Assembly (NCBI GenBank): GCA_964035545.1
Contig: OZ037772.1
Coordinates: 12,212,818-12,276,817 of the forward strand
DNA: 64,000 bases
Direction: 5' to 3'
Origin: Bugula neritina
Lineage: Eukaryota > Animalia > Bryozoa
Shown: one piece after another, positions 39,701 to 50,766 of the stretch
How positions within the stretch are numbered: the first letter of the stretch is position 1
Layout: the number at the start of each line of letters is the position of its first letter
Position numbers and translations under genes: made by a program
Notes under the pieces: generated by a model
Told to the model about the DNA's origin: nothing
Seen by the model: only the letters and a program-made list of their open reading frames with translations
Database searches by the model: none

Positions 39701-42700
39701 TACTACACTCTATACTATACTATATACTATACTTTATACTATACTATACTACACTCTATACTATACTATATACTATACTATATACTCTACACTATACTAT
39801 ATACTATACTATTATATACTACACTATATACCATACTACACTATACTATATACTATACTATTATATACTATACTATATACCATACTACACTATACTATAT
39901 ACTATACTATTATATACTATACTATATACCATACTACACTATACTGTATACTATACTATTATATACTATACTATATACCATACTACACTATACTATATAC
40001 TATACTATACTATACTATATACTATACTATATACCATACTACACTATACTGTATACTATACTATTATATACTACTGTACTATATACTATACTATACACTA
40101 TATTATACTGTGCTATACTTACAATGCAGGTGTAATGGCACAGACATAAACTCCACATCACTGATAATACCCAGCAATGGTGCATGTGACTCGAGTATTG
40201 TGACTGACAGGAACTGCAAGGCTCATAGCAACTGTGCCCAATGCCTCACTGCCTGGCCCTATCACGGCATTTTAAATCAAGTGAGTGGTTCAGGGGTAGG
40301 GAGTTGTCACCACTATGTGGTAATGTATATTACTAGGTAGTATTCAGTACTATATATTACTAGGTAATACTCAGTAATATATATTACTAGGTAATATTCA
40401 GTACTATATATTACTAGATAATATTCAGTACTATATATTACCAGGTAGTATTCAGTACTATATATTACTAGATAATATTCAGTACTATATATGGGTCATT
40501 TTACTTAATTTAGTACACACTGAATATCTTCAGTTTTTGGCTATTTTTCACAATTCAGCTGGTAATGAACATTGGTTTTTGGCAAAAACTAGTAAAATAT
40601 CAATAAATACACCTGAATAATCAAAGTTCTTTTTAATTTTGCTTCATTTCCCATGTTTTTCCCTAATTATTCAGCTAGTTTTGGTTACGGACCGTTACGG
40701 TTTTTTCGTAACGGTCCGTGCATATAGAATATTAGGTGCATACGACAATGACTGTGGTTTAATGTTGGGGAATCCCCTCCCAGCCTTTTCTGTTATGTGT
40801 AGTTAAGACCAGCACATAAAAATACCATGTATAGTAAATTTCAATGGATTTTGAGCAAACTTTAATGTTAGGTCATAAGTTGCTGGTGTGTACTAAATGA
40901 AGTAAACTGACTCATATTACTAGGTAATATATAGTACTATATATTACTAGAACTGAATATTGTGTAGTAATATATAGTGCTGAATATTACTAGGTAGTTT
41001 TTAGTACCATATATATTACTAAATAGTATTCAGTACTATATATTACTAAATAGTATTCAGTACTATATATTACTAGATAGTATTCAGTAGTACTAACTTA
41101 TCATCACACGTCACTAGTAACTCGTAATAATTATTATCTCTGGTGGTGAGCTGCCAGTTTTAGTAAATAATATAATTACTTGTGAGTTTGTAGAGCAGAG
41201 TTTGTTGAGCGGTATTGGTAGGATATAGTAATAACTATTAAGTAACAATAGTAACTAACACCATTGACTGACACTAATAACTAATCATCACTCCTCTGCC
41301 CTGCTCTTTCACAGAAATGCAAGTGGTGCTCCTTCTGTAACGTGGGCATGTGTATTGAGCTGCACCAGAGGTGTGACATCGAGAACGTCTGCGTGAGAGT
41401 TCAGAGTGAGAAGCTGGTAGCTGAGACGTGCATAGAACAACGCTGCCGCAGTGCCACCTGCTCTCAGTGCGTCAGCGAGGCTCAGGATGAAGAAGGATGT
41501 ATTTGGACCAGGCAGTTTATGAGATCCAGTGAGTCCCGGTTATTCTTAAATAGTAGTGTCTATTTTTAGATATTAGTATCTATTATTAAATATTAGTATA
41601 TATTCTTACAACACCACTGTTGTTACTGTCTGTGTTGACAATATTTCATTTTTAGTTTATTATTTTACTTTCTAACTGTTTGAGACACTAAATGTAAATT
41701 TATATTTTGTTTAAATTCATTTTTTCTTTAAATTTATTTTTCTTTAAATTAGGAAAATATACTTTGAGGTGTTACCGCCATGTTTATATTAGCCACGAAG
41801 CCCATAGTTCCACAAATCTTGTTACTTCCTGTCCAGGTGAGGTCGGTCGCCAGGTGTCGGCCACGCCCTTCCCTTACTGGAACTGCGTCACCAAGTTGCT
41901 CATCAACCTCAGTGCCATTCCCGTGTGGAGTGCTCCGCCAGCCACTTGCCCTGCCCCCTGCCAGTCCTTCACATCCTGTTCTTCCTGTCTGAACTCGGAT
42001 GGAGGAGGTAGCGGCAGCCTGGCTTCCTGTTACTGGAGTGTGCGGCTAGACATGGTAACTTCTCTAATATGATATACTGTGTCATATGTCATTATATTAT
42101 TTTATTATATTATATATTGTGTATTTATATTATTATATTGTGTTATTATATTATATGTTTTTTTTTATATTATTGTATTATGTTATTATATTATATACTA
42201 TATCATATATTATTATATTATAATATAATACATAGTAACATTATTGTTTTTTATTCTATATATATCACCCTGTATATTATTACATTGTACATTGTTTTAT
42301 GTTATTATGTTTTATTATTATATTATATACTACGTTATTATGTTTATATTATTTACTATATTACTAGTTTGTTGTCAACAGACAAGGGCTCTCTGTATTC
42401 ATATCGCATTTTATTTTCATCAAGTTGATTTACTGGCTCACTTTTTGTGATAGACTATTTAATTGGCCCTTATTCTCTTTGGAGCAATTTGATTGATGTA
42501 CAAGCTATTTGATTGGTTATTTTCATACTACAAGCTATTTGATTGGCCCATGCTATGTTTTAGTGTTTGCCACCTTCTGCCCTGCCTCTAGCCTGTGAGT
42601 ACGGAATCTGTGCCCCTCTTCTGGAGTCCGGAGACGCTAGCCTGTGCCCCTTGCCGTGCTCCGAGTACACTGAGTGCGGGGACTGCCTGGCCCACCCGTT

Positions 42701-45700
42701 CTGTGGGTGGTGTGCGGAGGGGCAGGATGATCAGGGTAGAGGAGTCTGTATGGAGGGCTCCAGCACGGGCCCAACATCTGGTGTCTGTGGTCACCCAGCT
42801 AACCAGACTCTCACTATTGGTCAGCTGACTTTAGTATTCTCTTTATTATATTCTGTTTTCTTGTAAATTAGTAACTAAATTATTTCCAATTTTTACTCAA
42901 ATAAATCTACTTACTTTTTGTTTGCTAAGTTTTGTTTTACTAATTGCAATGTTTTACTTGAAAAGTAAATGTTGTGTCCAATACCAAGTGGATGAACATG
43001 TTGTTAGTATGGAGCTGTTTTATCTACATGGAGTACTGACACCTTTACTGACACCTTAACTGACCTAATGACTAGCAGCTCTGCTCTGTTGAAGACGAAC
43101 AACACTTCTGCTGAAGTCTCATTCAACTATAAAATAACAAATTCAAAACAACTTCTAAGTGAGAAGAGACCAAAAGCCTTATGCAATTCAATACATAAGA
43201 GAGGAGTAACAAGTGAACCTGTAAGAGCAGATGCTATTCGTGCTCACCATGTATCTCCTATCATTGTACTTCCTTTGTCTAGTGAGCATTGAGAGTACCA
43301 CTATCACCTACTCCTCTGCCAACGACTCTGCTCTCTCCAACCACTCCTCCTGGCACTACGATTCCTGTCCTCCCGAGAACGAGTGCACCAACGGCCACCA
43401 CAACTGCGACCTTGAAAAGCAGGACTGCACTGACCTTCCAATCGGCCATCACTGCATGTGTAAAGATGGCTACCTTCTAATGTAGGTCATAGCTTCTTGT
43501 TTATAGCCTGTAGCCATCTGTTTGTAGGTCAGCCCTGGTTTTTCGTATCTCAATCGCAATTTTGTGCTTTGACTAATCATTAATTCATGTAAGTGTAGGT
43601 CATAATTTTATAATTATATATAAAGAATTGTAAACATACTTCTATATAGGGTGTACTGTAATTTTCTTTGAATCTTCTAACACAACTGAATAAGTAATTG
43701 TTCTCTGTCTTCTGCCACTCACCTTCACCTGGAAGTGCTGGTTTCTTGTCTTTCAGTGAAAAGGACTGCGTGCCGCAATGTGATCCTGAGTGTGCACAGG
43801 GAACCTGTGTGAAGCCTCAGGTCTGTGAGTGTGACTTCTCTTGGGTGGGGGAGAGCTGCTCCGTCCCGTGTCAGTGTAACAAACACAGTGAATGTGTTGG
43901 GCCTGAGGCTACAGACAACTGTACCAGCTGCCTCAACAACACCATGGTGAGGGTAACTCCTAATAAGGGCTGCACACTTCATTGCAATGAGTTGTGTATT
44001 CATGAATACTGCAACAACTACAGCAGACAACTTCAATAATACTTTAATATTTAAGGCTATTATAGAATATTAAGGCTATCCTGTTCAGTGATAAATGGAA
44101 TTTAGCACATTTATTGTCTGTTGAAATGAATTTATAGCGCAATAAGCTTGTATTGTTTGTTGATTGTAATATAAATTTGGGCTTGATTTTTCGATTTGTC
44201 ATCATCTTGGTTCAAAAGTCAAATTCATAGCCTCATTCTACACTGTTTGTCAGTTAGGTTGAACTTTCTGTCACTTCCAGGGGGCTCAGTGTGAGCTGTG
44301 CGAAGTGCTCGCTGTTGGTAACGCTACGAATGGCGGAGTGTGTGAGGACTGCTATACTGTCTGCAACAATCATGCTCTCATCTGTATGGACAACCACACC
44401 AAGCACCTGCTGACACCTGCCACCAACCAGAGTCTCGTTGATGCTGTAAGTTGTTCTAAGATCTTGGCATTTTTACTATCATAGTGAAAGCTTGTGAGCA
44501 CCTGCTGACACTGTGTGAGCACCTGCGGACACTGTGTGAGCACCTGCTGACACTGTGTGAGCACCTGCTGGCACTCTGTGAGCATCTGCTGGCACTGTGT
44601 GAGCACCTGCTGACACTCTGTGAGCACCTGCTGGAATTGTGTGAGCACCTGCTGACACTCTGTGAGCACCTTCTGGCACTCTGTGAGCACCTGCTGGCAC
44701 GCTGTGAGCATCTGCTGGCACTCTGTGAGCACCTGTCATCACATGCCGATGAAGTAATAACATGCCGATTTACTGTTACAGTATCTGCTGCAAGCCACAC
44801 ACGGCCCTTTCAGTCATAAAAACGTCGTCTGCATTGACTGTGCTAACAACACGGCTGGTGAAAAATGCTCTCGCTGTGAGACTGGATACTTCAGGTTGGT
44901 CTGGAGCTTCTTGACTCTCTCTATCCTCTATTATATCTCTATTATATATCTTTTATACCTCTTTTATATATCTATTATATATCTACTATATATCTATTAT
45001 ACCTCTATTATACCTCTATCTGTTCTTCTCTCTCTACCCTCTTTTATATCTATCTATATATACTTTTCCACCTCTATTATACCTCTACCTGGTGTTCTCT
45101 TTTACATAGATATTATATCTGCATATTCTGGCAGATGTTCTCATTGTATTTCCTCTCTCTGTATCTCAGGCTGAGTGAAGATCCCACAATGCCGTGTGTC
45201 CCATGCAAGTGCCAAAGTCACGGCTTCACGTGTGACGAGAAAACCGGAGCTAACTGCAACTGTCAGAACAACACGAAGAGCTCCTGTCACCCCGACTCTG
45301 ACTCCAATTGTCACTTTCAGCAGGTGCTCTTTTGTATTCTGACATTATATTACCTCTACTATACACTGTGTCATACTATATTACCTCTACTATACACTGT
45401 ATCATATTATATTACCTCTACTATACACCGTGTCATATTATATTACCTCTACTATACACTGTGTCATATTATATTACCTCTACTATACACCGTGTCATAT
45501 TATATTACCTCTACTATACACTGTGTCATATTATATTACCTCTACTATACACCGTGTCATATTATATTACCTCTACTATACACTGTATCATATTATATTA
45601 CCTCTACTATACACTGTGTCATATTATATTACCTCTACTATACACTGTATCATATTATATTACCTCTACTATACACTGTGTCATATTATATTACCTCTAC

Positions 45701-48700
45701 TATACACTGTATCATATTATATTACCTCTACTATACACTGTGTCATATTATATTACCTCTACTATACACCGTGTCATATTATACTACCTCTACTATACAC
45801 CGTGTCATATTATATTACCTCTACTATACACCGTGTCATATTATATTACCTCTACTATACACTGTGTCATATTATATTACCTCTACTATACGCCGTGTCA
45901 TATTATATTACTTCTACTATACACTGTATCATATTATGTTACCTCTACTATACACTGTGTCATATTATATTACCTCTACTATACACTGTGTCATATTATA
46001 TTACCTCTACTATACACCGTGTCATATTATATTACCTCTACTATACACTGTATCATATTATATTACCTCTACTATACACTGTGTCATATTATATTACCTC
46101 TACTATACACTGTATCATATTATATTACCTCTACTATACACCGTGTCATATTATATTACCTCTACTATACACTGTGTCATATTATATTACCTCTACTATA
46201 CACTGTGTCATATTATATTACCTCTACTATACACTGTGTCATATTATATTACCTCTACTATACACTGTGTCATATTATATTACCTCTACTATACACCGTG
46301 TCATATTATATTACCTCTACTATACGCCGTGTCATATTATATTACTTCTACTATACACCGTGTCATATTATATTACCTCTACTATACACCGTGTCATATT
46401 ATATTACCTCTACTATACACTGTGTCATATTATACTACCTCTACTATACACTGTGTCATATTATATTACTTCTACTATACACCGTGTCATATTATATTAC
46501 CTCTACTATACACTGTGTCATATTATATTACCTCTACTATACACTGTATCATATTATATTACCTCTACTATACACTGTATCATATTATGTTACCTCTACT
46601 ATACACTGTGTCATATTATATTACCTCTACTATACACTGTATCATATTATATTACCTCTACTATACACTGTATCATATTATATTACCTCTACTATACACT
46701 GTATCATATTATGTTACCTCTACTATACACTGTGTCATATTATATTACCTCTACTATACACTGTGTCATATTATATTACCTCTACTATACACTGTGTCAT
46801 ATTATATTACCTCTACTATACACCGTGTCATATTATATTACCTCTACTATACACTGTGTCATATTATATTACCTCTACTATACACTGTGACATATTATAT
46901 TACCTCTACTATACACCGTGTCATATTATATTACCTCCACTATACGTAGTGTTGATGAAACTATGATGTGTGACATTAACACATCGGGAGGCGGGTTTAT
47001 TAGTGTCAGATTTCACCTTGAACTCTAGCCCCAGCTCTATACTTACAGTGTGACCAGTGTGAGAACTCGTACATGGGCACCCCTACTGGCGGACACCAAT
47101 GTTACCTAAGGCTACTCTCAGACGATTGCTACTTCCTCAGCAGATCCCCAGGCGCTGACGGCTGCAACACTCCCCTTCCTCCGCTCTTCCTCGGTCAGGC
47201 GGCCATGTACGCCGTGTCACCTAAGTTCCTCAACGTTGACATTAAAATATATGTCAACGTGTTGGAGGGAGGTGAGTGCCACCCGGTGTTTATCAAGTGT
47301 TTTTCTCTGGTTCCTGTTCTATATATATATAACGTCTATGAATCTGACCAATAATTGGCTATATTACATTTGTAGAGGTTGACATTTACATTAGTAAGAG
47401 TGAAGATTTCTTTCTGGTGGAATGGAATGCCGAGACTCAGCAACACGAGGTGACAACTTCTTCTGCAATCTTCCCACTTCCTGTCTAGTGTTATATCGGG
47501 CGGTTTCTCTCTTGCTCTGTGTTATGTATATTATATTACGGTCATAGTAGCTGTTTAATATGTCAAAGTCATAGAAAGGTTGTTATGCTTCATAGGTTAA
47601 GGTTGATCCTTTATACACTCTCGTTGGTGGGAGGCAAAAAAGAGACCTCCGCCATCGAAGGGCGACGTCTAACAACACTTCTAATATGCTGCATCTGGTG
47701 GAGCCAGAAGTGAATTCAGATATGTTCTCCACTTACATCCAGTGAGTAGACAGTCTGTTGTATTGCAGTAGTGTATATATATATATATTAGTAATTGTGT
47801 TCACTATAATATCACACTGTAGAGCTCATATAATATCACACTGTAGAGCTCATATAATATCTCACTGTAGAGCTCATATAGTATCACACTGTAGAGCTCA
47901 TATGATATCATACTGTAGAGCTCATATAATATCTCACTGTAGAGCTCATATGATATCTCACTGTAGAGCTCATATAATATCTCACTGTAGAGCTCATATT
48001 ATAATATCTCACTGTAGAGCTCATATAATATCACACTGTAGAGCTCATATAATATCACACTGTAGAGCTCATATAATATCACACTGTAGAGCTCATATAA
48101 TATCTCACTGTAGAGCTGAGACTAGCCACGTGGAACTGGACAGTGTCTACTACATCAGAGGTATCAGAAATAGACTCATACTGACACTACCTGAGAATGG
48201 ACACGAGCTGAAGACTGACAAGTTCTATATCGTCGTGGTAACCGTCGTATACAGTTCTATATAATACGACCTATATAATACGACCTATATAATACAGTTC
48301 TATAAAATGCAGTTTTATATAATGCAGTTTTATATAATGCGACCTATATTATTCGATTTACAGTATAATGCAGAACTATACAATTGTTTGCAGTTATACG
48401 TAATATAGTTTGTTCTAAATTAGTAAGGAATAATCTAGAAATATCTTAGCCTGTGGAACCTGGATTCTATGAAAAGATTTGGTATAACACCAGGGCTGTG
48501 CATATAACTCAAATATTTATTATCTGTCATATGAAGTTGTCAGATCCTACTGCACATACTTTCACCACTTCCTGTCTCACCACTTCCTGTCTCACCACTT
48601 CCTGTCTCACCACTTCCTGTCTCACCACTTCCCGTTTCACCACTTCCCGTTTCACCACTTCCTGTGTCACCACTTCCTGTCTCATCACTTCCTGTCTCAC

Positions 48701-49885
48701 CACTTCCTGTCTCACCACTTCCTGTCTCACCACTTCCTGTTTCACCACTTCCTGTCTCACCACTTCCTGTTTCACCTCTTCCTTCTTGCTCTAGGTGGGA
48801 ACAGGAAGTCCCCACTCTCGGGGCCGGATCATCTTCAGACAGGACCAGATCAGAATCGACCTGTTTGTCTTCTTTGCCGTCTTCTTCTCTTGCTTCTTCA
48901 AGTTCCTCTCCGTCTGCGTCATCGTCTGGAAAATACGCAGTCTGTATCGGCAGCAGCAGCGACGGCTACAGGTAAGGAGCTGTGTGCTACAGTAGCAGAG
49001 AGTGTGCTACAGTAGCAGTGTGTGCTATGTGCTACAGTAGCAGTGTGTGTGCTACAGTAGCACAGTGTGTGCTACAGTAGCAGTGTGTGCTATGTGCTAT
49101 AGTAGCAGAGTGTGCTGTGTGCTACAGTAGCACAGTGTTTGCTACAGTAGCAGAGTGTGTGCTACAGTAGCAGAGAGTGCGGTGCTGGTGTAGTGAATTA
49201 GAAAAATCCAAAGACGTTTACATTCTAATTGACAGTCTTTTAGTAAATAGAACATTTTACGGCTTGTGGCCAACTTATTTGCACTGCTTCCTGTCTTCCC
49301 AGAGAGCGGTGGAGTTGGGGCAGATGGCCTCCCGCCCCTTCGCCAGTCTGCTGATTCACTTTGATGACCCGGACCTAGAGCCAGCCAATCAAAATAGACC
49401 GTCGGAGTTCCAGGTGAGATGACTTCCTGTGTAGTCTATTCAGTTTTGTGCTGTTGTGTTATGGAATGGGGCATCATCCATGTTTTCTATTATTCTAAAG
49501 TACATTCTATTCTATAGACTCTGTTATGCTGTTCTATACAAATGTTTATAGAACATATTCTATTTTATATAATGCATGTTCTATTTTCTATAAGCTTTAT
49601 TCTGTTTTCTATAAAATGTGTTTTATTTTTATATGGAATCTGTCTATGCTTCTTTATCATGCATTGTCTCGCAGGTAATTACTATACATTGTCATGCAGG
49701 TAAACCCGGCAGCTTGTGAGTTCACTGATGACGGAGTGGCAGCAGTGAGCACGGTAATCTTTGAGATGCCGGGAGGAAGGGATGTGCCAGCCAGAGCCAT
49801 GTTCGGCTCCACACTCATCACTCACCGCGTCATGTTCCCTAACAGGAAGTTGCCTCCTGAGCGACAGAAAGTAACGTCTACGTGA
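17338..49885 (+). CDS. MEGF8: Multiple EGF-like domains protein 8 orthologue (CUB, EGF, kelch, PSI, laminin-EGF, TM, cytoplasmic tail), about 2,720 aa
   Basis: 47 exons: 17338-17364, 17504-17651, 18054-18214, 18664-18751, 24723 or 24736-24891, 25417-25666, 25862-25984, 26334-26497, 26855-27002, 27333-27586, 27910-28058, 28413-28587, 29048-29340, 29982-30167, 30731-30975, 31149-31306, 31609-31777, 32128-32273, 32924-33019, 33399-33666, 33965-34173, 34538-34736, 35223-35436, 35702-35852, 36160-36332, 36484-36733, 36931-37085, 37544-37715, 38004-38133, 38470-38645, 39060-39294, 40130-40280, 41315-41528, 41837-42054, 42564-42819, 43283-43481, 43757-43946, 44281-44445, 44782-44894, 45170-45323, 47049-47271, 47376-47449, 47596-47741, 48114-48237, 48795-48971, 49303-49413, 49700-49885. 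The duplicated CUB-EGF-kelch-PSI module, FRQDQ..IDLFVFF TM and MASRPF tail distinguish MEGF8 from attractin. Confidence 0.95.
21075..21705 (+). pseudogene. Decayed two-exon KolX / P2X7-ballast-like gene inside the transposon
   Basis: Pseudo-exons 21075-21296 and 21492-21705 with stops and frameshifts: EEWCK*KKFQ..ECCQS..FVTDHPG and [35 protein letters not shown]. Confidence 0.65.
21939..22292 (-). pseudogene. Fragment of Kolobok-type transposase
   Basis: [15 protein letters not shown] (about 22240-22292) followed by [12 protein letters not shown] (21939-21974) resembles the remembered Y.LM....KI....VQ.SEV..S..MEK segment. Confidence 0.4.
25417..28058 (+). CDS. MEGF8: MEGF8 first kelch-repeat propeller exons
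   Basis: [61 protein letters not shown]. Confidence 0.92.
29692..29854. mobile_element. Small MITE-like element; partial relatives at about 8125-8250, 28233-28360 and 29484-29610
   Basis: 14-bp TIR CACTGCGTTTCCAT/ATGGAAACGCAGTG; shared internal motif GAATGGATTTTTCATT.GATGTTTGGAAACA in four places. Confidence 0.65.
30168..30708. repeat. (TATAG)n satellite containing a duplicated acceptor
   Basis: Direct inspection. Confidence 0.92.
31833..32038 (-). mobile_element. tRNA-derived SINE copy
   Basis: Reverse strand begins GGGAGCAGTCGTGGTCTAGGGGTTAGAGCG (A-box) and shares core and tail with 8860-9100. Confidence 0.8.
32268..32467 (+). repeat. 46-bp tandem repeat spanning the MEGF8 exon 18 donor
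   Basis: CAGCAGGTTAGTATGTGTCTTCACTCTCCCTCTCCTTCTCTTCTGT units. Confidence 0.9.
32490..32646. repeat. 24-bp pyrimidine-rich tandem repeat
   Basis: TCTCTCACCCTTTCTCTCATTCCT units. Confidence 0.9.
33770..33930 (+). repeat. Dispersed AT-rich repeat, second copy at about 41645-41775
   Basis: Shared TGAGACACTAAA.GTAAATTTATATTTTGTTTAAATT...AAATTAGGAAAATATA.TTTGA. Confidence 0.65.
35223..39294 (+). CDS. MEGF8: MEGF8 second CUB, EGF and second kelch propeller exons
   Basis: [55 protein letters not shown]. Confidence 0.9.
38655..39020. repeat. About 36-bp diverged minisatellite
   Basis: AGCAGGTACTCTGTATGTGTCATACTGACTTGGTGT units. Confidence 0.85.
39580..40115. repeat. (CTATA)n satellite
   Basis: Direct inspection. 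Confidence 0.92.
40493..40913. mobile_element. MITE with 4-bp ATAT duplication (Sola2-like termini) inserted in a minisatellite
   Basis: 28-bp TIRs GGGTCATTTTACTTAATTTAGTACACAC / rc GAGTCAGTTTACTTCATTTAGTACACAC; ATAT at 40489-40492 and 40914-40917; internal 13-bp hairpin near 40687-40719. Confidence 0.8.
44493..44735. repeat. 21-bp minisatellite TGTGAGCACCTGCTGACACTG, about 11 copies
   Basis: Direct inspection. Confidence 0.95.
45343..46945. repeat. 31-bp minisatellite TCATATTATATTACCTCTACTATACACTGTG, about 52 copies
   Basis: Fills MEGF8 intron 40; explains the 604, 552 and 486-aa ORFs. Confidence 0.97.
47806..48117 (+). repeat. 24-bp tandem repeat x13 carrying the exon 44 splice acceptor
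   Basis: ATAATATCACACTGTAG|AGCTCAT units; last unit runs into the exon (AGCTGAG). Confidence 0.95.
48562..48782. repeat. 15-bp minisatellite TCACCACTTCCTGTC, about 14 copies
   Basis: Direct inspection. Confidence 0.95.
48795..49885 (+). CDS. MEGF8: MEGF8 transmembrane helix and cytoplasmic tail
   Basis: [35 protein letters not shown]; QMASRPFAS (MGRN1-binding motif shared by MEGF8 and attractin); [20 protein letters not shown]; stop TGA 49883-49885. Confidence 0.93.
48980..49176. repeat. GTGTGCTACAGTAGCAG minisatellite
   Basis: Direct inspection. Confidence 0.9.
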
Positions 49886-50564
49886 CATTAGCCCTGCCCA
49901 CTCTATGTAAACCACGCCCACCTCATCTGCCATCTCTATGTTAGCATAATTAATGTTAGGACAAATCTTGAAATCAGTTGACACTTTTAAACAAGTTGTG
50001 CCAGTATTAATGCTTCTACTTGTCAACCACTTGTCACCCACCTGTCACAGGTGCTTTATTAGAGACTTTAACGCCATCAGCTTCAGCTGCCACACTCTTC
50101 AGTATTGCACATGTCTGCAGTTTGTAGGCAACCAATCATATATTTTACTAGTTATGTATGTTTCTGTATATTTTGTATTTGTTTGGAGTTATCAACTCAT
50201 GTGAAGACTTTCAAAACTCACCATTCATCCGCATCTCCTGTTTTTTGCATGGTTCAAAACCTATTCTTAAACTGACCTTTTTGAACTTCATTCGTTGCAT
50301 TCAAACCAGCTATTTTTCTATCCAAATGTTTATTTTGCCAGTACTGGAGTTTGTATCAAATTGTAATGTATTGTTTGATAGTTTTTATATTTTGGATTTA
50401 TATTTTTCAATAAACTTCTTTTATTCATTTACCACCTATTTTGATGAACTGCTAGTGGTTATATTTATAGGTTTGTTAAAAAGTTTGCTGCAGGCGAGTA
50501 GATTGTTGCTGAACAGAAACACCTAAGTTGTTGGAAAGGCAATTCCATGTGCGCTCAAAGCTTG

Positions 50565-50766
50565 TATTTATTACGGCACATGTTATATTATTTATTATGG
50601 CACATTTTATATTATTTATTATGGCACATGTTATATTATTTATTATGGCACATGTTATATTATTTATTATGGCACATGTTATATTATTTATTATGGCACA
50701 TGTTATATTATTTATTATGGCACATGTTATATTATTTATTACGGCACATGCTATATTAATTTATTG
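50565..50766. repeat. 24-bp tandem repeat x8 between convergent gene ends
   Basis: ATTTATTATGGCACATGTTATATT units. Confidence 0.93.

Noticed and set aside
39352-40129. 265 and 293-aa Tyr-rich ORFs
   Set aside because: (CTATA)n satellite; only 40130-40280 is exon
45135-46966. 604, 552 and 486-aa ORFs as a stand-alone gene
   Set aside because: All three frames translate one stop-free 31-bp minisatellite in MEGF8 intron 40; only 45170-45323 is exon
48527-48815. GETGS and RQEVV repeat proteins on the minus strand
   Set aside because: Antisense translations of the 15-bp intronic minisatellite
17338-49885. Attractin/ATRNL1 or two separate genes
   Set aside because: One continuous frame across 47 exons with two CUB-kelch-PSI modules, about 2,700 aa and the FRQDQ..IDLFVFF TM fits MEGF8
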